Positions 10,258 through 18,945 of a DNA stretch of 45,477 bases are shown in pieces. Position 1 is the first letter of the stretch, and every line of letters starts with the position of its first letter. Made by a program: the position numbers and the translations under genes. Source of the stretch: a bacterium (GTDB lineage: Bacteria > Aerophobota > Aerophobia > Aerophobales > AE-B3A). Location: assembly GCA_046760365.1 (NCBI GenBank), contig JBHIEA010000001.1, forward strand, positions 1 through 45,477, in the 5' to 3' direction. Under the pieces are notes generated by a model, which saw only the letters and a list, made by a program, of their open reading frames with translations, searched no databases and was not told the origin of the DNA.

Positions 10258-12735
10258 GTGTTGGAAAGGAGTAACAGGAAAAAAGGAATAGCAACAAACC
10301 CCTATGGATACTTTGATGATGTAAATAAGGAATACGTTATTACTCGGCCTGATACGCCCCTACCCTGGATAAACTACTTAGGCTGCGAGAGATACTTCGG
10401 TATCATCTCTAATACGGCCGGAGGTTACAGTTTCTACCTGGACGCCAGGCTACGCCGTCTAACCCGTTATCGTTACAACAACATCCCTCATGATATAGGT
10501 GGTCGCTACCTATACATCAAAGAAGGTGATACGATTTGGAATCCCGGATGGAAGCCGACTCGAACCTCGTTAGATGGTTACTCCTGTCGTCATGGTATGG
10601 GCTATACAGTGATCAAGGGCCATAAGAACGGTGTGGAAGCTGAGCTTACTTACTTTGTGCCCTTGGGCGAGGATATGGAGATATGGAAGGTAAAACTAAC
10701 TAACAATACGGCACAAGAGAAAGTGCTAACTCTTTTCTCGTTTGTTGAATTTTGTCTCTGGGACGCCATGGATGATATGACTAACTTCCAGCGCAACCTT
10801 AGTACAGGCGAGGTAGAAGTAGAAGCTGGTACTATCTTCCACAAAACAGAATATCGGGAGCGGCGAAACCACTATGCCTATTTTACCTGCAGCCAAAGGG
10901 TAGATGGGTTCGATACCAGTCGGGATGCCTTTATTGGTTTTCATAACGGATTTGAGACTCCTGAGGCAGTCATGAAGGGAAAATGCACCGGATCTATTGC
11001 TAACGGCTGGGCTCCAGTCGGTGCTCACCAACTCAACATTACACTCAAACCGGCCAAGACAAAGCGACTCCACTTTGTACTGGGCTATATGGAAAACAAA
11101 GATGATGAAAAGTTCTCCGCTCCAGACGTTATCAATAAGGAAGGCTTCTATGCTAAAATGAAAGCCTATAAAACCAACAAAGCCGTAGACAGAGGGTTTA
11201 ACAAAGTCAGGGTATACTGGACCGAACTGCTTGGTCGATACAAGGTAGAGATAGATAATGAACATGTAGCACGTATGGTCAATGTCTGGAACCAGTACCA
11301 GTGTATAGTGACCTTCAACCTGTCGCGTTCCGCGTCCTTATATGAGTCAGGGATTGGTCGTGGAATAGGCTTTCGGGATTCCAATCAGGATCTACTCGGT
11401 GCTGTGCACATGGTTCCAGAGGGGGCTCGGCAGCGAATTCTGGATCTTGCCACTGTTCAGCTTTCTAACGGCGCTTGCTACCATCAGTATCAGCCCCTGA
11501 CCAGGAAGGGGAATGAAGAGATAGGCGGTGGATTTAATGACGACCCTTTGTGGTTGGTTGTCTCCACTTGCGCCTACATTAAAGAGACGGGCGACTTTTC
11601 CATCCTGGACGAGCTGGTTAGCTATTCGGATTCACCTAAAAGCAAAGCCACTATTTTTCAGCACCTTTGTCTTTCAATGGAACACACCCTGAAAAACTTA
11701 GGACCACATCATCTTCCTCTCATTGGCCATGCTGACTGGAACGATTGCCTGAACTTGAATTGTTTTTCAAAAACACCGGGAGAAAATTTCCAGACGGCCC
11801 AAGATATGAGCAATGGAGTTGCGGAATCGGTAATGATTGCTGGCTTATTTCTTTATAGTTGCTGGGAACTAATAGCACTCTGTCGCGAGACCGGCGCTGA
11901 AGACAAAGCTGAAAAACTTCAAAAGGGATACGAGCTTATAAAAAAGGCTACCGGGACCTATGGTTGGGATGGTGAATGGTTCCTGCGGGCCTACGATTAC
12001 TCTGGGGCAAAGGTGGGGTCCAAAGAACGTGAGGAGGGAAAGATATTTATTGAACCCCAGGGCTGGTGTATCATGGGCGGTGTCGGCTTAGAAGATGGTC
12101 GAGCCCGGAAGGCGTTGGATAGTGTAGAAGAATACTTATCTACGCCTCAGGGAATCCTTTTGCACCAGCCTGCCTATTCCCAGTACTACCTAAACTTAGG
12201 AGAGATTTCTTCCTATCCACCAGGATACAAAGAAAATGCGGGGATTTTCTGCCATGCTAATCCCTGGATCTGCATCGCCGAAACTATCCTGGGAAACGGT
12301 GACAAAGCCCTTGACTATTACCTGCGTATCTGTCCCAGCACCAAGGAAAACCTTATAGAAACCTATCGCTGTGAACCGTACTGTTATGCTCAGGTAATTA
12401 CAGGTCGAGACGCACCTAACTTCGGTGAGGCCAAAAACTCCTGGCTAACTGGCACGGCAGCCTGGAGCTTTGTGGCTATTTCCCAGGCTATTTTAGGTAT
12501 TAAACCTGAGTATAAGGGACTGTTGATCGACCCTTGCATTCCCAAAGACTGGAGAGAATACAAGATTACCCGAGTCTATCGTGGCGTTACCTACCGCATC
12601 GCAGTCCGCAATCCGAATAAGGTTAGTAAGGGAATTAAGCAACTAATAATAAATGGGAAGTCAGTAGGGGGGAATTTAATCCCCTATAAACCAGAAGAGA
12701 GGGAGGTGAAGGTTACTGTAGTCTTGGGCAGCTAA
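10258..12735 (+). CDS. GH94 disaccharide phosphorylase (cellobiose / laminaribiose / chitobiose phosphorylase type)
   Basis: 825 aa. The N-terminus YGYFDDVNKEYVITRPDTPLPWINYLG is typical of cellobiose phosphorylases, and the conserved GIGFRDSNQDLLG motif is present. The size fits the disaccharide phosphorylases rather than the cellodextrin enzymes. Confidence 0.9.
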   Translation: MLERSNRKKGIATNPYGYFDDVNKEYVITRPDTPLPWINYLGCERYFGIISNTAGGYSFYLDARLRRLTRYRYNNIPHDIGGRYLYIKEGDTIWNPGWKPTRTSLDGYSCRHGMGYTVIKGHKNGVEAELTYFVPLGEDMEIWKVKLTNNTAQEKVLTLFSFVEFCLWDAMDDMTNFQRNLSTGEVEVEAGTIFHKTEYRERRNHYAYFTCSQRVDGFDTSRDAFIGFHNGFETPEAVMKGKCTGSIANGWAPVGAHQLNITLKPAKTKRLHFVLGYMENKDDEKFSAPDVINKEGFYAKMKAYKTNKAVDRGFNKVRVYWTELLGRYKVEIDNEHVARMVNVWNQYQCIVTFNLSRSASLYESGIGRGIGFRDSNQDLLGAVHMVPEGARQRILDLATVQLSNGACYHQYQPLTRKGNEEIGGGFNDDPLWLVVSTCAYIKETGDFSILDELVSYSDSPKSKATIFQHLCLSMEHTLKNLGPHHLPLIGHADWNDCLNLNCFSKTPGENFQTAQDMSNGVAESVMIAGLFLYSCWELIALCRETGAEDKAEKLQKGYELIKKATGTYGWDGEWFLRAYDYSGAKVGSKEREEGKIFIEPQGWCIMGGVGLEDGRARKALDSVEEYLSTPQGILLHQPAYSQYYLNLGEISSYPPGYKENAGIFCHANPWICIAETILGNGDKALDYYLRICPSTKENLIETYRCEPYCYAQVITGRDAPNFGEAKNSWLTGTAAWSFVAISQAILGIKPEYKGLLIDPCIPKDWREYKITRVYRGVTYRIAVRNPNKVSKGIKQLIINGKSVGGNLIPYKPEEREVKVTVVLGS

Positions 12736-12824
12736 ACGGAAAAGGAGATCGCGGTAGATTCTGGGTATAAGACCAACTCATATCTTAATTTCTCTTTACC
12801 ACCAAATCCAAAAGAAAGGGCTTT

Positions 12825-12852
12825 TTGACACAACCCACTTTTTAGCTAAGAT
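12825..12852 (+). promoter_or_regulatory. sigma-70-like promoter of the cold-shock gene
   Basis: TTGACA at 12825-12830, a 16-nt spacer, then TAAGAT at 12847-12852. Confidence 0.35.
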
Positions 12853-12892
12853 GACAGTGATCTATGGAAATCCTCTAAAAAGGAGACTCAAA

Positions 12893-13108
12893 ATGGCCAA
12901 AGGCACAATAAGAAGATTAATGAGAAATCGAGGTTATGGATTTATCACCACCGAGGATGGAAAAGATATATTCTTCCATCGAACTGCCCTTCGAGACCTA
13001 AGGTTCGATTCCTTGAAAGAAGGACAATCAGTAGAGTTTGAAGTTGAGGAAGAATCCAGAGGTCCTCGCGCGGTGAACATAAGGTCATCTGAAAAGACCG
13101 AAGACTAA
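12893..13108 (+). CDS. cold-shock domain protein (CspA family) with a short acidic C-terminal tail
   Basis: GYGFITTEDGKDIFFH carries the RNP1/RNP2-like motifs. ATG 12893 has AAGGAG 8 nt upstream. The ORF-track start at 12851 overlaps the putative -10. Confidence 0.88.
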   Translation: MAKGTIRRLMRNRGYGFITTEDGKDIFFHRTALRDLRFDSLKEGQSVEFEVEEESRGPRAVNIRSSEKTED

Positions 13109-13250
13109 CAATCTAAGACATCGCTAAATCCAGCGGCACCACACTTTCACCAATTTTTCAACCCCGTAATCGAACAGTCTATCAAGAGGAGATAGCTATC
13201 GAGAATCTCAAATTACTAGAGATACAAGATAGAAGACTGGAGCTGACTAT

Positions 13251-14180
13251 ATGAGTAAAGAAGATCTCGCCATTGGGGGCCAGGCAGTTATTGAGGGGGT
13301 GATGATGCGTGGTCCAAAGTCTTTCACCATTGCTCTGAGACAGGCGGATGGGGGTATCCTGGTAAGAAAGAATTCCTATATTGCTATGACCAAAAGAAAG
13401 AGATGGTTAGATATTCCCATCCTCAGAGGGGCTATAGTTCTAGTGGAGTCTTTATATCTGGGCATAAAAGCCTTAACCTTTTCAGCAGATCTGGCTATGG
13501 AGGATAAGGTGGCGGAAGCTACCAGCCAAGCTGATCATGAAATAGAATCGATGGACAAGGCATTTGGTACCCTTTGGCCTATTCTGATGGTGGTTGTGGG
13601 TCTTGGTTTGGGTATATTACTGTTTTTTTATCTTCCCTTAATCATCACCGATTTTCTCGGCATCAAAAAGGGGGTGCTTTTTAATCTGGTGGACGGAATG
13701 GTGAGAATGGGCATTTTTTTGATGTATATTTGGGCCATCGGCCTCTGGAAAGAAACCAGAAGAATATTTGAGTATCATGGGGCGGAACACAAAAGTATCG
13801 CTACCTTTGAGGCAGGCGAAGAGCTCACAATAAACAATGCTAAAAAACACACCACTGTTCATACCCGATGCGGTACCAGTTTCCTACTCGTGGTGATGAT
13901 CGTGAGTATCGGCATTTTCATTTTCCTGGGAAGGCCGACCTCCTTAGCCGAGCGCTTAATCAGATTTCTCTTTATTCCATTGATTGGTGGCATCTCATAT
14001 GAAATAATAAAAATCTCCTCCCGCTCTGACAATAGATTCATTCAGCTATTAGTTAAGCCGGGTCTTTGGCTACAGAAAATCACCACCCGCGAGCCCGATA
14101 ACGATCAACTGGAAGTGGCTATAGTGGCTTTAAAGGAAGCTCTGGGGAAACCCAAGGCTCAATCCGAAAGTTCCTGGTAA
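13251..14180 (+). CDS. DUF1385-family membrane protein (YqhQ-like)
   Basis: N-terminus GGQAVIEGVMMRG and the EYHGAEHK motif are characteristic of DUF1385. Several TM segments are present. Confidence 0.8.
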   Translation: MSKEDLAIGGQAVIEGVMMRGPKSFTIALRQADGGILVRKNSYIAMTKRKRWLDIPILRGAIVLVESLYLGIKALTFSADLAMEDKVAEATSQADHEIESMDKAFGTLWPILMVVVGLGLGILLFFYLPLIITDFLGIKKGVLFNLVDGMVRMGIFLMYIWAIGLWKETRRIFEYHGAEHKSIATFEAGEELTINNAKKHTTVHTRCGTSFLLVVMIVSIGIFIFLGRPTSLAERLIRFLFIPLIGGISYEIIKISSRSDNRFIQLLVKPGLWLQKITTREPDNDQLEVAIVALKEALGKPKAQSESSW

Positions 14181-14201
14181 TAAATGAAGGTGGTAGCGGA
14201 T

Positions 14202-15146
14202 ATGTCGAAGGAGAAACCCATACTGGTACTGGGCGGCATCAATATGGATTTTGTGGTGAGGGCAGAAAGAGTCCCTAAACCAGGAGAAACGCTCATAGGC
14301 TCTGACTTTTCTAAGATTCCGGGAGGTAAAGGAGCCAACCAGGCGGTTTCAATTGCCCGACTTGGAGGAAAGGCGGTCTTCGCCGGATGCGTAGGGGCCG
14401 ATCCTCTAGGAGAAGAGTTAAAACAAGGGCTGGAGAAAGAAAAGGTAGTCACAGACTGTGTTACCGTGGATAAGAAGGAGCACTCAGGGGTTACGGTGAT
14501 CATTATCAACAAGGATGGAGACAACAGTATCGTTCTGGACCCTGGAGCAAATATGAAATTTTCTCCCCAAAGGGCAGCTCTTCTTAAAGAGATTCTTCCC
14601 CGGGTAAGTATTGTCCTGGCCCAGCTTGAAGTACCGGTGACCACAGTTGACTTCATTTTTGGTGAAGCCAAGAGGCTTGGAATAACTACTGTTCTTGACG
14701 CAGGTCCAGCCAGATCCCTACCTTTATCGCTCCTTCAAAATACTGACATTCTCTCTCCCAATGAGACCGAACTTGAAGCTTTACTCAAGCGAGAGGTAAA
14801 AGACCTAGCAGAGGCCCAAAAAGGAGCAGAAGAGCTTGTTGGCTGGGGAGTAAAAGCTGTCATTTTGAAACTGGGAGAGAAAGGCTCGTATCTTTTAAGC
14901 CCTAAGAAAAGATCTTATTTCCCTGCTGTCAAGGTAAAGGTTGTGGATACGACTGCTGCTGGAGATGCTTTTATGGGTGCCTTATGTTTGGGTTTTAGTC
15001 AAGGTAGGTCCCTTCCTCAGGCCATAGAATTTGCCAATTTGGCAGGAGCATCGGCGGTCACCAAAATGGGTGCTCAGCCCTCACTCCCTACCCAGGAAGA
15101 AATGTGCAAATTGAGAAGAAATCTCATTACTCAAGAATGTAGATAA
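14202..15146 (+). CDS. rbsK: ribokinase (PfkB family)
   Basis: GGKGANQAV and DTTAAGDAF signature motifs. ATG 14202 (MSKEKPILVLGG) is preferred over 14184 because GAAGGTGG lies 7-9 nt upstream. Confidence 0.88.
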   Translation: MSKEKPILVLGGINMDFVVRAERVPKPGETLIGSDFSKIPGGKGANQAVSIARLGGKAVFAGCVGADPLGEELKQGLEKEKVVTDCVTVDKKEHSGVTVIIINKDGDNSIVLDPGANMKFSPQRAALLKEILPRVSIVLAQLEVPVTTVDFIFGEAKRLGITTVLDAGPARSLPLSLLQNTDILSPNETELEALLKREVKDLAEAQKGAEELVGWGVKAVILKLGEKGSYLLSPKKRSYFPAVKVKVVDTTAAGDAFMGALCLGFSQGRSLPQAIEFANLAGASAVTKMGAQPSLPTQEEMCKLRRNLITQECR

Positions 15147-15352
15147 GACGTTCTGCTTCGCTCGGGTGTGCTGATCTTCTCATTTCCAGGTAATGAATGG
15201 GCGCTTTGTACTCAGCCTTACCATGAAACCCGAGGTTAAACGTGAAGTGAATAAGATAACAAACCTGCCAAAGATACCCACCTCATGAAAGGAAGACCTG
15301 AGAATTGTCAGCAACGAGAAGGAAAGAAGAAAGTCCCCCAATCCCCGAATTA

Positions 15353-15381
15353 TTGACAGAATCAAGAATCTGGGATATAGT
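15353..15381 (+). promoter_or_regulatory. sigma-70-like promoter upstream of comEC
   Basis: TTGACA at 15353-15358, a 17-nt spacer, then TATAGT at 15376-15381. Confidence 0.4.
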
Positions 15382-15426
15382 AACCATTGGCCAAAAGGAC
15401 GAAGGAGAATTTATCCTCACCCCCTG

Positions 15427-16986
15427 ATGAATAAACCCATTGTTGGACTAACCCTTTTCTTCATAGCAGGAATAGTCTTAGGAAGGTATCTTTCCCTACC
15501 CTTTCTTTTCCTCTACTTAACTTTTCTCTTACTCTTCGGCCTCTCGGTTATTTTCTACCTTAAGAAAAGAAAAAGGCTGGTTGCGTATCTTTTGTTTTCT
15601 CTTACCATTTTGGCAGGCAGCCTCTATTTTGGCTATGCCTATTTTCCTCATTCTCCTTCTCATATTATTAACTTTACCTCTTCTAAAAAGGCCCTCGAAA
15701 TAAGCGGAAGAGTGATTAATCGTCCCCAGTTAAAGGGAAAAAGAGTGCAATTTATCATGGAGGTAGAAAAAATAGGTTCTGAAAATAGATCCCAGAAGAT
15801 AGGCGGAAAAAAAGAAGACGGTTTGTCAGAAAAAATAGAAAAAAAAGTGGAAGGAAAGGTCTGGGTGATAAGCTATTTTCCCCTCATCAACTACGATTAT
15901 GGGGATGAGGTTAGGCTTAAGGGAAAGCTAACCTTACCTAAAGGAGGAAAGGGGGCAGAATTTGATTGGCAAAGATACCTGTCTTATCAAGGGATCTGGG
16001 TGGAGCTACGCACCGGAAAAGTGGACCTGGTAAAAAAAGGTCGGGGAAATCCTTTGATGAAGTGGGCCTACCGGAGCCGAGATTGGATGGTGAGATTAAT
16101 AGAGCACAGCTTACCTCAGCCAGAATCTTTTATCTTAAAGGCTATCATGTTGGGAGATAAGGACTCTCTTCCGGCTGTGGTTAAAGATAAGTTCCTTAAA
16201 ACCGGTACCGGCCATATCCTAGTGGTGAGTGGTCTCCATGTGGGATTGGTCTTGTTTATCCTTTTTGTTTTTTTCAGGACTCTGGGATTTTCCTTTAAAT
16301 TGACCTCTCTTCTGGCTGTACCTTTCCTGGCATATTATGCAGTTCTCACAGGCCTTCGACCTCCGGTGCTCAGGGCAACTTTAATGGCAGGGGTAGGACT
16401 GGCCTGCCTTTTGATCAACCGAGATATCTCTCCTCTGGTGATCCTTAGTCTTGCCGCCCTTTTTATTCTTATCTTAAGTCCCCTTTCTCTTTTCACCGCC
16501 AGCTTTCAGCTCTCCTTTATCGCGGTGGGAGGAATAATCTATCTTACCCCTCAACTAGAAGAAAGATTTAAAAAAATGCCGCTCTGGTTAAGAAGATCTT
16601 TAGCTATTACCTTAGCGGCGCAACTTTCGGTTCTTCCACTCCTCGCCTTTTATTTTCATCGAATTCCTTTTATTGGTCTTCTAACCAATCTCCTTATTGC
16701 TCCCCTGGTGACAATTATCCTAGCTTTAGGATTCTTTAGCCTGGCATTAGGGTTGATAACCCTGGGAGGAGCCCAGATAATTGCCAATCCCAATTGGCTA
16801 GCTCTTACTGGCCTTTTGTGGCTGGTTAACTTTTTCTCTTTTTCTCGATCGAGAGCAATTTCCAATTTAGTCTGTCCCCAGGTGGGTGCTTTCTCCCCAA
16901 TTATTTTGATCATCTACTATGGCGGACTGGGCTTCTTGCCTTATCTTTTTAAAATTTCAAAAAGCTCTAGTCAGCTAGAAAAATAA
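15427..16986 (+). CDS. comEC: ComEC/Rec2-family competence channel protein, short form (DUF4131 + Competence domain, no metallo-beta-lactamase domain)
   Basis: 519-aa polytopic protein. An OB-like insertion follows the first TM segments, and GHILVVSGLHVG is typical of the Competence domain. The ORF ends right after the TM bundle. Confidence 0.8.
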   Translation: MNKPIVGLTLFFIAGIVLGRYLSLPFLFLYLTFLLLFGLSVIFYLKKRKRLVAYLLFSLTILAGSLYFGYAYFPHSPSHIINFTSSKKALEISGRVINRPQLKGKRVQFIMEVEKIGSENRSQKIGGKKEDGLSEKIEKKVEGKVWVISYFPLINYDYGDEVRLKGKLTLPKGGKGAEFDWQRYLSYQGIWVELRTGKVDLVKKGRGNPLMKWAYRSRDWMVRLIEHSLPQPESFILKAIMLGDKDSLPAVVKDKFLKTGTGHILVVSGLHVGLVLFILFVFFRTLGFSFKLTSLLAVPFLAYYAVLTGLRPPVLRATLMAGVGLACLLINRDISPLVILSLAALFILILSPLSLFTASFQLSFIAVGGIIYLTPQLEERFKKMPLWLRRSLAITLAAQLSVLPLLAFYFHRIPFIGLLTNLLIAPLVTIILALGFFSLALGLITLGGAQIIANPNWLALTGLLWLVNFFSFSRSRAISNLVCPQVGAFSPIILIIYYGGLGFLPYLFKISKSSSQLEK

Positions 16987-17130
16987 ACCCGTCCCCATCT
17001 TCTCTTTGAGGTGAGCCATGCAAATATACCATATCTTACGAAAAGGGAGAAGGCAGGTGTCGTCTAGAGAGACGTCCACGTTAATGTTAGCCAGAGAGCA
17101 GCGCTCGTTCTTGAGCCAGGCTAACTCAGA

Positions 17131-18345
17131 ATGAACTCGAAGTTAAAGTTAAAAAGAAAAAGGCTACTCCAGGAGATAAGCCCTAATGTTATCCTTCTGG
17201 GAGTGGTTAGTCTTCTTACTGATATTAGTAGTGAGATGATTCATCCTCTACTTCCCATGTTCATCGTTGCTTTGGGAGGGGGAGGAATGGTAGTAGGGCT
17301 AATTGGGGGATTGGGGGATAGTCTGGCCAGCATTTTAAAAGTCTTTGCCGGCTTCTGGTCGGATAGGTCCGGGAAAAGAAAACCCTTTATCTTCATGGGG
17401 TATCTATTATCCTCCTTATCTAAAATCTTTTTGGCTCTTTGTTTAGTCTGGCAGCATATATTTGTCCTAAGAGCAGTGGAAAGAGTGGGCAAGGGCCTTA
17501 GAACAGCTCCCCGGGACGCTATTATCGCTGATTCTACTCTTAAGCTAAGAGGTAAAGCTTTTGGGCTTCATCGAGCTATGGATACTCTGGGAGCCATTGG
17601 GGGCTCAGCAGCTACCTTTCTTCTCTTTTATTTTTTAAGGTTTGATTTTAAGCCAATCTTTCTGCTGGCGGGAGCGGTGGGGATCTCTGCCTTAATTCCT
17701 CTTTTTTGGGTAAAGGAAAAAAGAAAAGAGGCCCGCAAGATTTCTTTAAAGATAAGTCTTTCGGGAGTTTCGAGACCCTTGAGATGGTTTATCCTGGTAG
17801 CTACTCTTTTTGCCCTGGGTAACTTTAGTTACATGTTCTTTCTTCTTAGAATAAAAGAGATGGTAGGGGATCCGAGGTGGTCAGTAGCCTTGCCAGTACT
17901 TTACTACATCTGGTTTAATGCTGTCTATACTGCCTTTTCCGTCCCCCTGGGTGCTCTTTCAGATATTATTGGAAGAAAACCCGTCCTTATTCTGGGATAT
18001 CTTCTTTATGGGCTGGTTTGTCTAGGATTTATCTGGGCCGGCTCCTGGGCCGCCTTTGTTCTCCTTTTTGCCCTCTACGGCATGGTCTATGCCTCAATTG
18101 ATCTAGGGCAAAGAGCCTTGGCCTCAGATCTATCCGGGAGAGACTCTCGAGGCATAGCTTTAGGTACTTTTCATACTTCAATTGGTTTGGCTGCCTTGCC
18201 AGCTAACCTGGTAGCCGGAATCTTTTGGCAGCGGGTCGGTCCCCACTCAAGCTTTGCCTATGGGGCAGGGATGAGTGGGCTGGCGGTTCTCTTATTTTTA
18301 ATTATAGGAGTAGAGCAGAGACTTCAGCTCAGAGGAAAGAGTTAA
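17131..18345 (+). CDS. MFS transporter
   Basis: 404 aa with about 12 hydrophobic segments and an MFS loop motif GFWSDRSGKRKP between TM2 and TM3. Confidence 0.8.
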   Translation: MNSKLKLKRKRLLQEISPNVILLGVVSLLTDISSEMIHPLLPMFIVALGGGGMVVGLIGGLGDSLASILKVFAGFWSDRSGKRKPFIFMGYLLSSLSKIFLALCLVWQHIFVLRAVERVGKGLRTAPRDAIIADSTLKLRGKAFGLHRAMDTLGAIGGSAATFLLFYFLRFDFKPIFLLAGAVGISALIPLFWVKEKRKEARKISLKISLSGVSRPLRWFILVATLFALGNFSYMFFLLRIKEMVGDPRWSVALPVLYYIWFNAVYTAFSVPLGALSDIIGRKPVLILGYLLYGLVCLGFIWAGSWAAFVLLFALYGMVYASIDLGQRALASDLSGRDSRGIALGTFHTSIGLAALPANLVAGIFWQRVGPHSSFAYGAGMSGLAVLLFLIIGVEQRLQLRGKS

Positions 18346-18403
18346 AAAGAGGATAACCTTAGAAGATAAAATTTAGCTAGAGTAGTTGCCAATTTCTCGG
18401 GGG

Positions 18404-18431
18404 TTGACAAAATACAGGTTGTGTATAGAAT
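18404..18431 (+). promoter_or_regulatory. sigma-70-like promoter of the glycine riboswitch transcript
   Basis: TTGACA at 18404-18409, a 16-nt spacer, then TAGAAT at 18426-18431. Confidence 0.45.
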
Positions 18432-18467
18432 TCAGAATGGTTGAAAATATGGTATGGCTAGAGGGCG

Positions 18468-18651
18468 ATTAAGGGAGAGACCAGAAACATCTGGCGCCGA
18501 AGGGGCAATCCTTAACTCCAAACTCTCAGGCAAAAGGACCTTAATTAGCTAGCTCTCTGGAGAAGCTTTCCTTAAATCTGATCAAGGAAAGAACCGAAGG
18601 GGCAGTCTTGCCTTGGTAGGCAAGACGAATCTCTCAGGTAAAAGGACAGAG
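18468..18651 (+). promoter_or_regulatory. tandem glycine riboswitch (two aptamers)
   Basis: Aptamer 1 has P1 ATTAAGG/CCTTAAT, GGAGAG, CTGGCGCCGAAGGGGCAA and CTCTCAGGCAAAAGGAC. Aptamer 2 has CTCTGGAGAA, ACCGAAGGGGCA and CTCTCAGGTAAAAGGACAGAG. These are the canonical conserved cores of the gcvT glycine riboswitch class. Confidence 0.92.
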
Positions 18652-18689
18652 GGCACGACACCCATCAAGTTGTCGTGTCCTCTTTTTTA
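18648..18689 (+). terminator. intrinsic terminator (expression platform of the glycine riboswitch)
   Basis: AGAGGGCACGACA (18648-18660) pairs with TGTCGTGTCCTCT (18671-18683), giving 13 bp with one G-U, then TTTTTT. Its 5' arm overlaps the 3' strand of aptamer-2 P1 (CAGAG). Confidence 0.85.
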
Positions 18690-18717
18690 TTGAGGATGAA
18701 GATACAGAGATTACTAG

Positions 18718-18930
18718 AGGGATAGGAATTTCAATAATTTCTCTGAATTGTTATCAAGTAAACCTCAGCAGACCAGATATCAGAAAAAAGAGGGGAGGCC
18801 TGCTCTCTCATGCCCTGAGCGGACGGGCAGAGTGCCGAAAGGCAGCGAGAGTCGGCTTTGCCGATCGAGCCGTCGAGGGGGGCATTCCGAAGGAATCGGC
18901 GAAGCCCTATTTCCCCCTCGAGTATCTTGT
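18718..18930 (+). repeat. unclassified ~200-nt intergenic repeat / candidate structured RNA, copy 1 (213 nt)
   Basis: Hand-aligned to 41621-41814 with about a dozen substitutions over ~186 alignable positions plus indels of 22, 4 and 1 nt. It contains hairpins AATAATT/AATTGTT, TGCC-GAAA-GGCA, TCGGC-TTT-GCCGA and ATTCC-GAA-GGAAT, and an 8-bp helix CGAGGGGG/CCCCCTCG. Confidence 0.85.
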
Positions 18931-18945
18931 GAGGGAGGGGCACCA

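Noticed and set aside
10726-11265. Long minus-strand ORFs (10726-11265, 14159-14671, 27143-27616, 30677-31219, 35191-35556, 37313-37834 and many shorter ones).
   Set aside because: Each lies antisense to a + strand CDS with unambiguous family motifs. Their translations are low-complexity with no recognisable domains. They are typical shadow ORFs.
15180-15365. 61-aa minus-strand ORF in the rbsK-comEC spacer with a hydrophobic N-terminus. It could be a small membrane protein or a remnant.
   Set aside because: It has no RBS or recognisable domain, it overlaps the putative comEC promoter, and it would be the only intact minus-strand gene. The evidence is insufficient.
18718-18930. Tried to read the repeat as a known self-cleaving ribozyme or riboswitch: hammerhead CUGANGA...GAAA, twister AAGC/GGG cores, group II intron domain V (GAGCCGT...), guanidine (CGGACGGG), THF.
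   Set aside because: Only isolated short matches exist (CTGAGCG, GCGAAGCCC, GAGCCGTCG). None of the full conserved cores or required helices can be assembled, and some of the matching bases differ between the two copies. The element stays unclassified pending a covariance-model search.
18748-18945. The ORF track extends the aminotransferase 66 codons upstream (MLSSKPQQTRYQKKEGRPALS...).
   Set aside because: The extension is a read-through of the non-coding repeat. The equivalent ORF at copy 2 (41556-41885) shares only a short stretch before the 22-nt indel shifts the frame. A strong SD and a typical aminotransferase N-terminus are at 18946.
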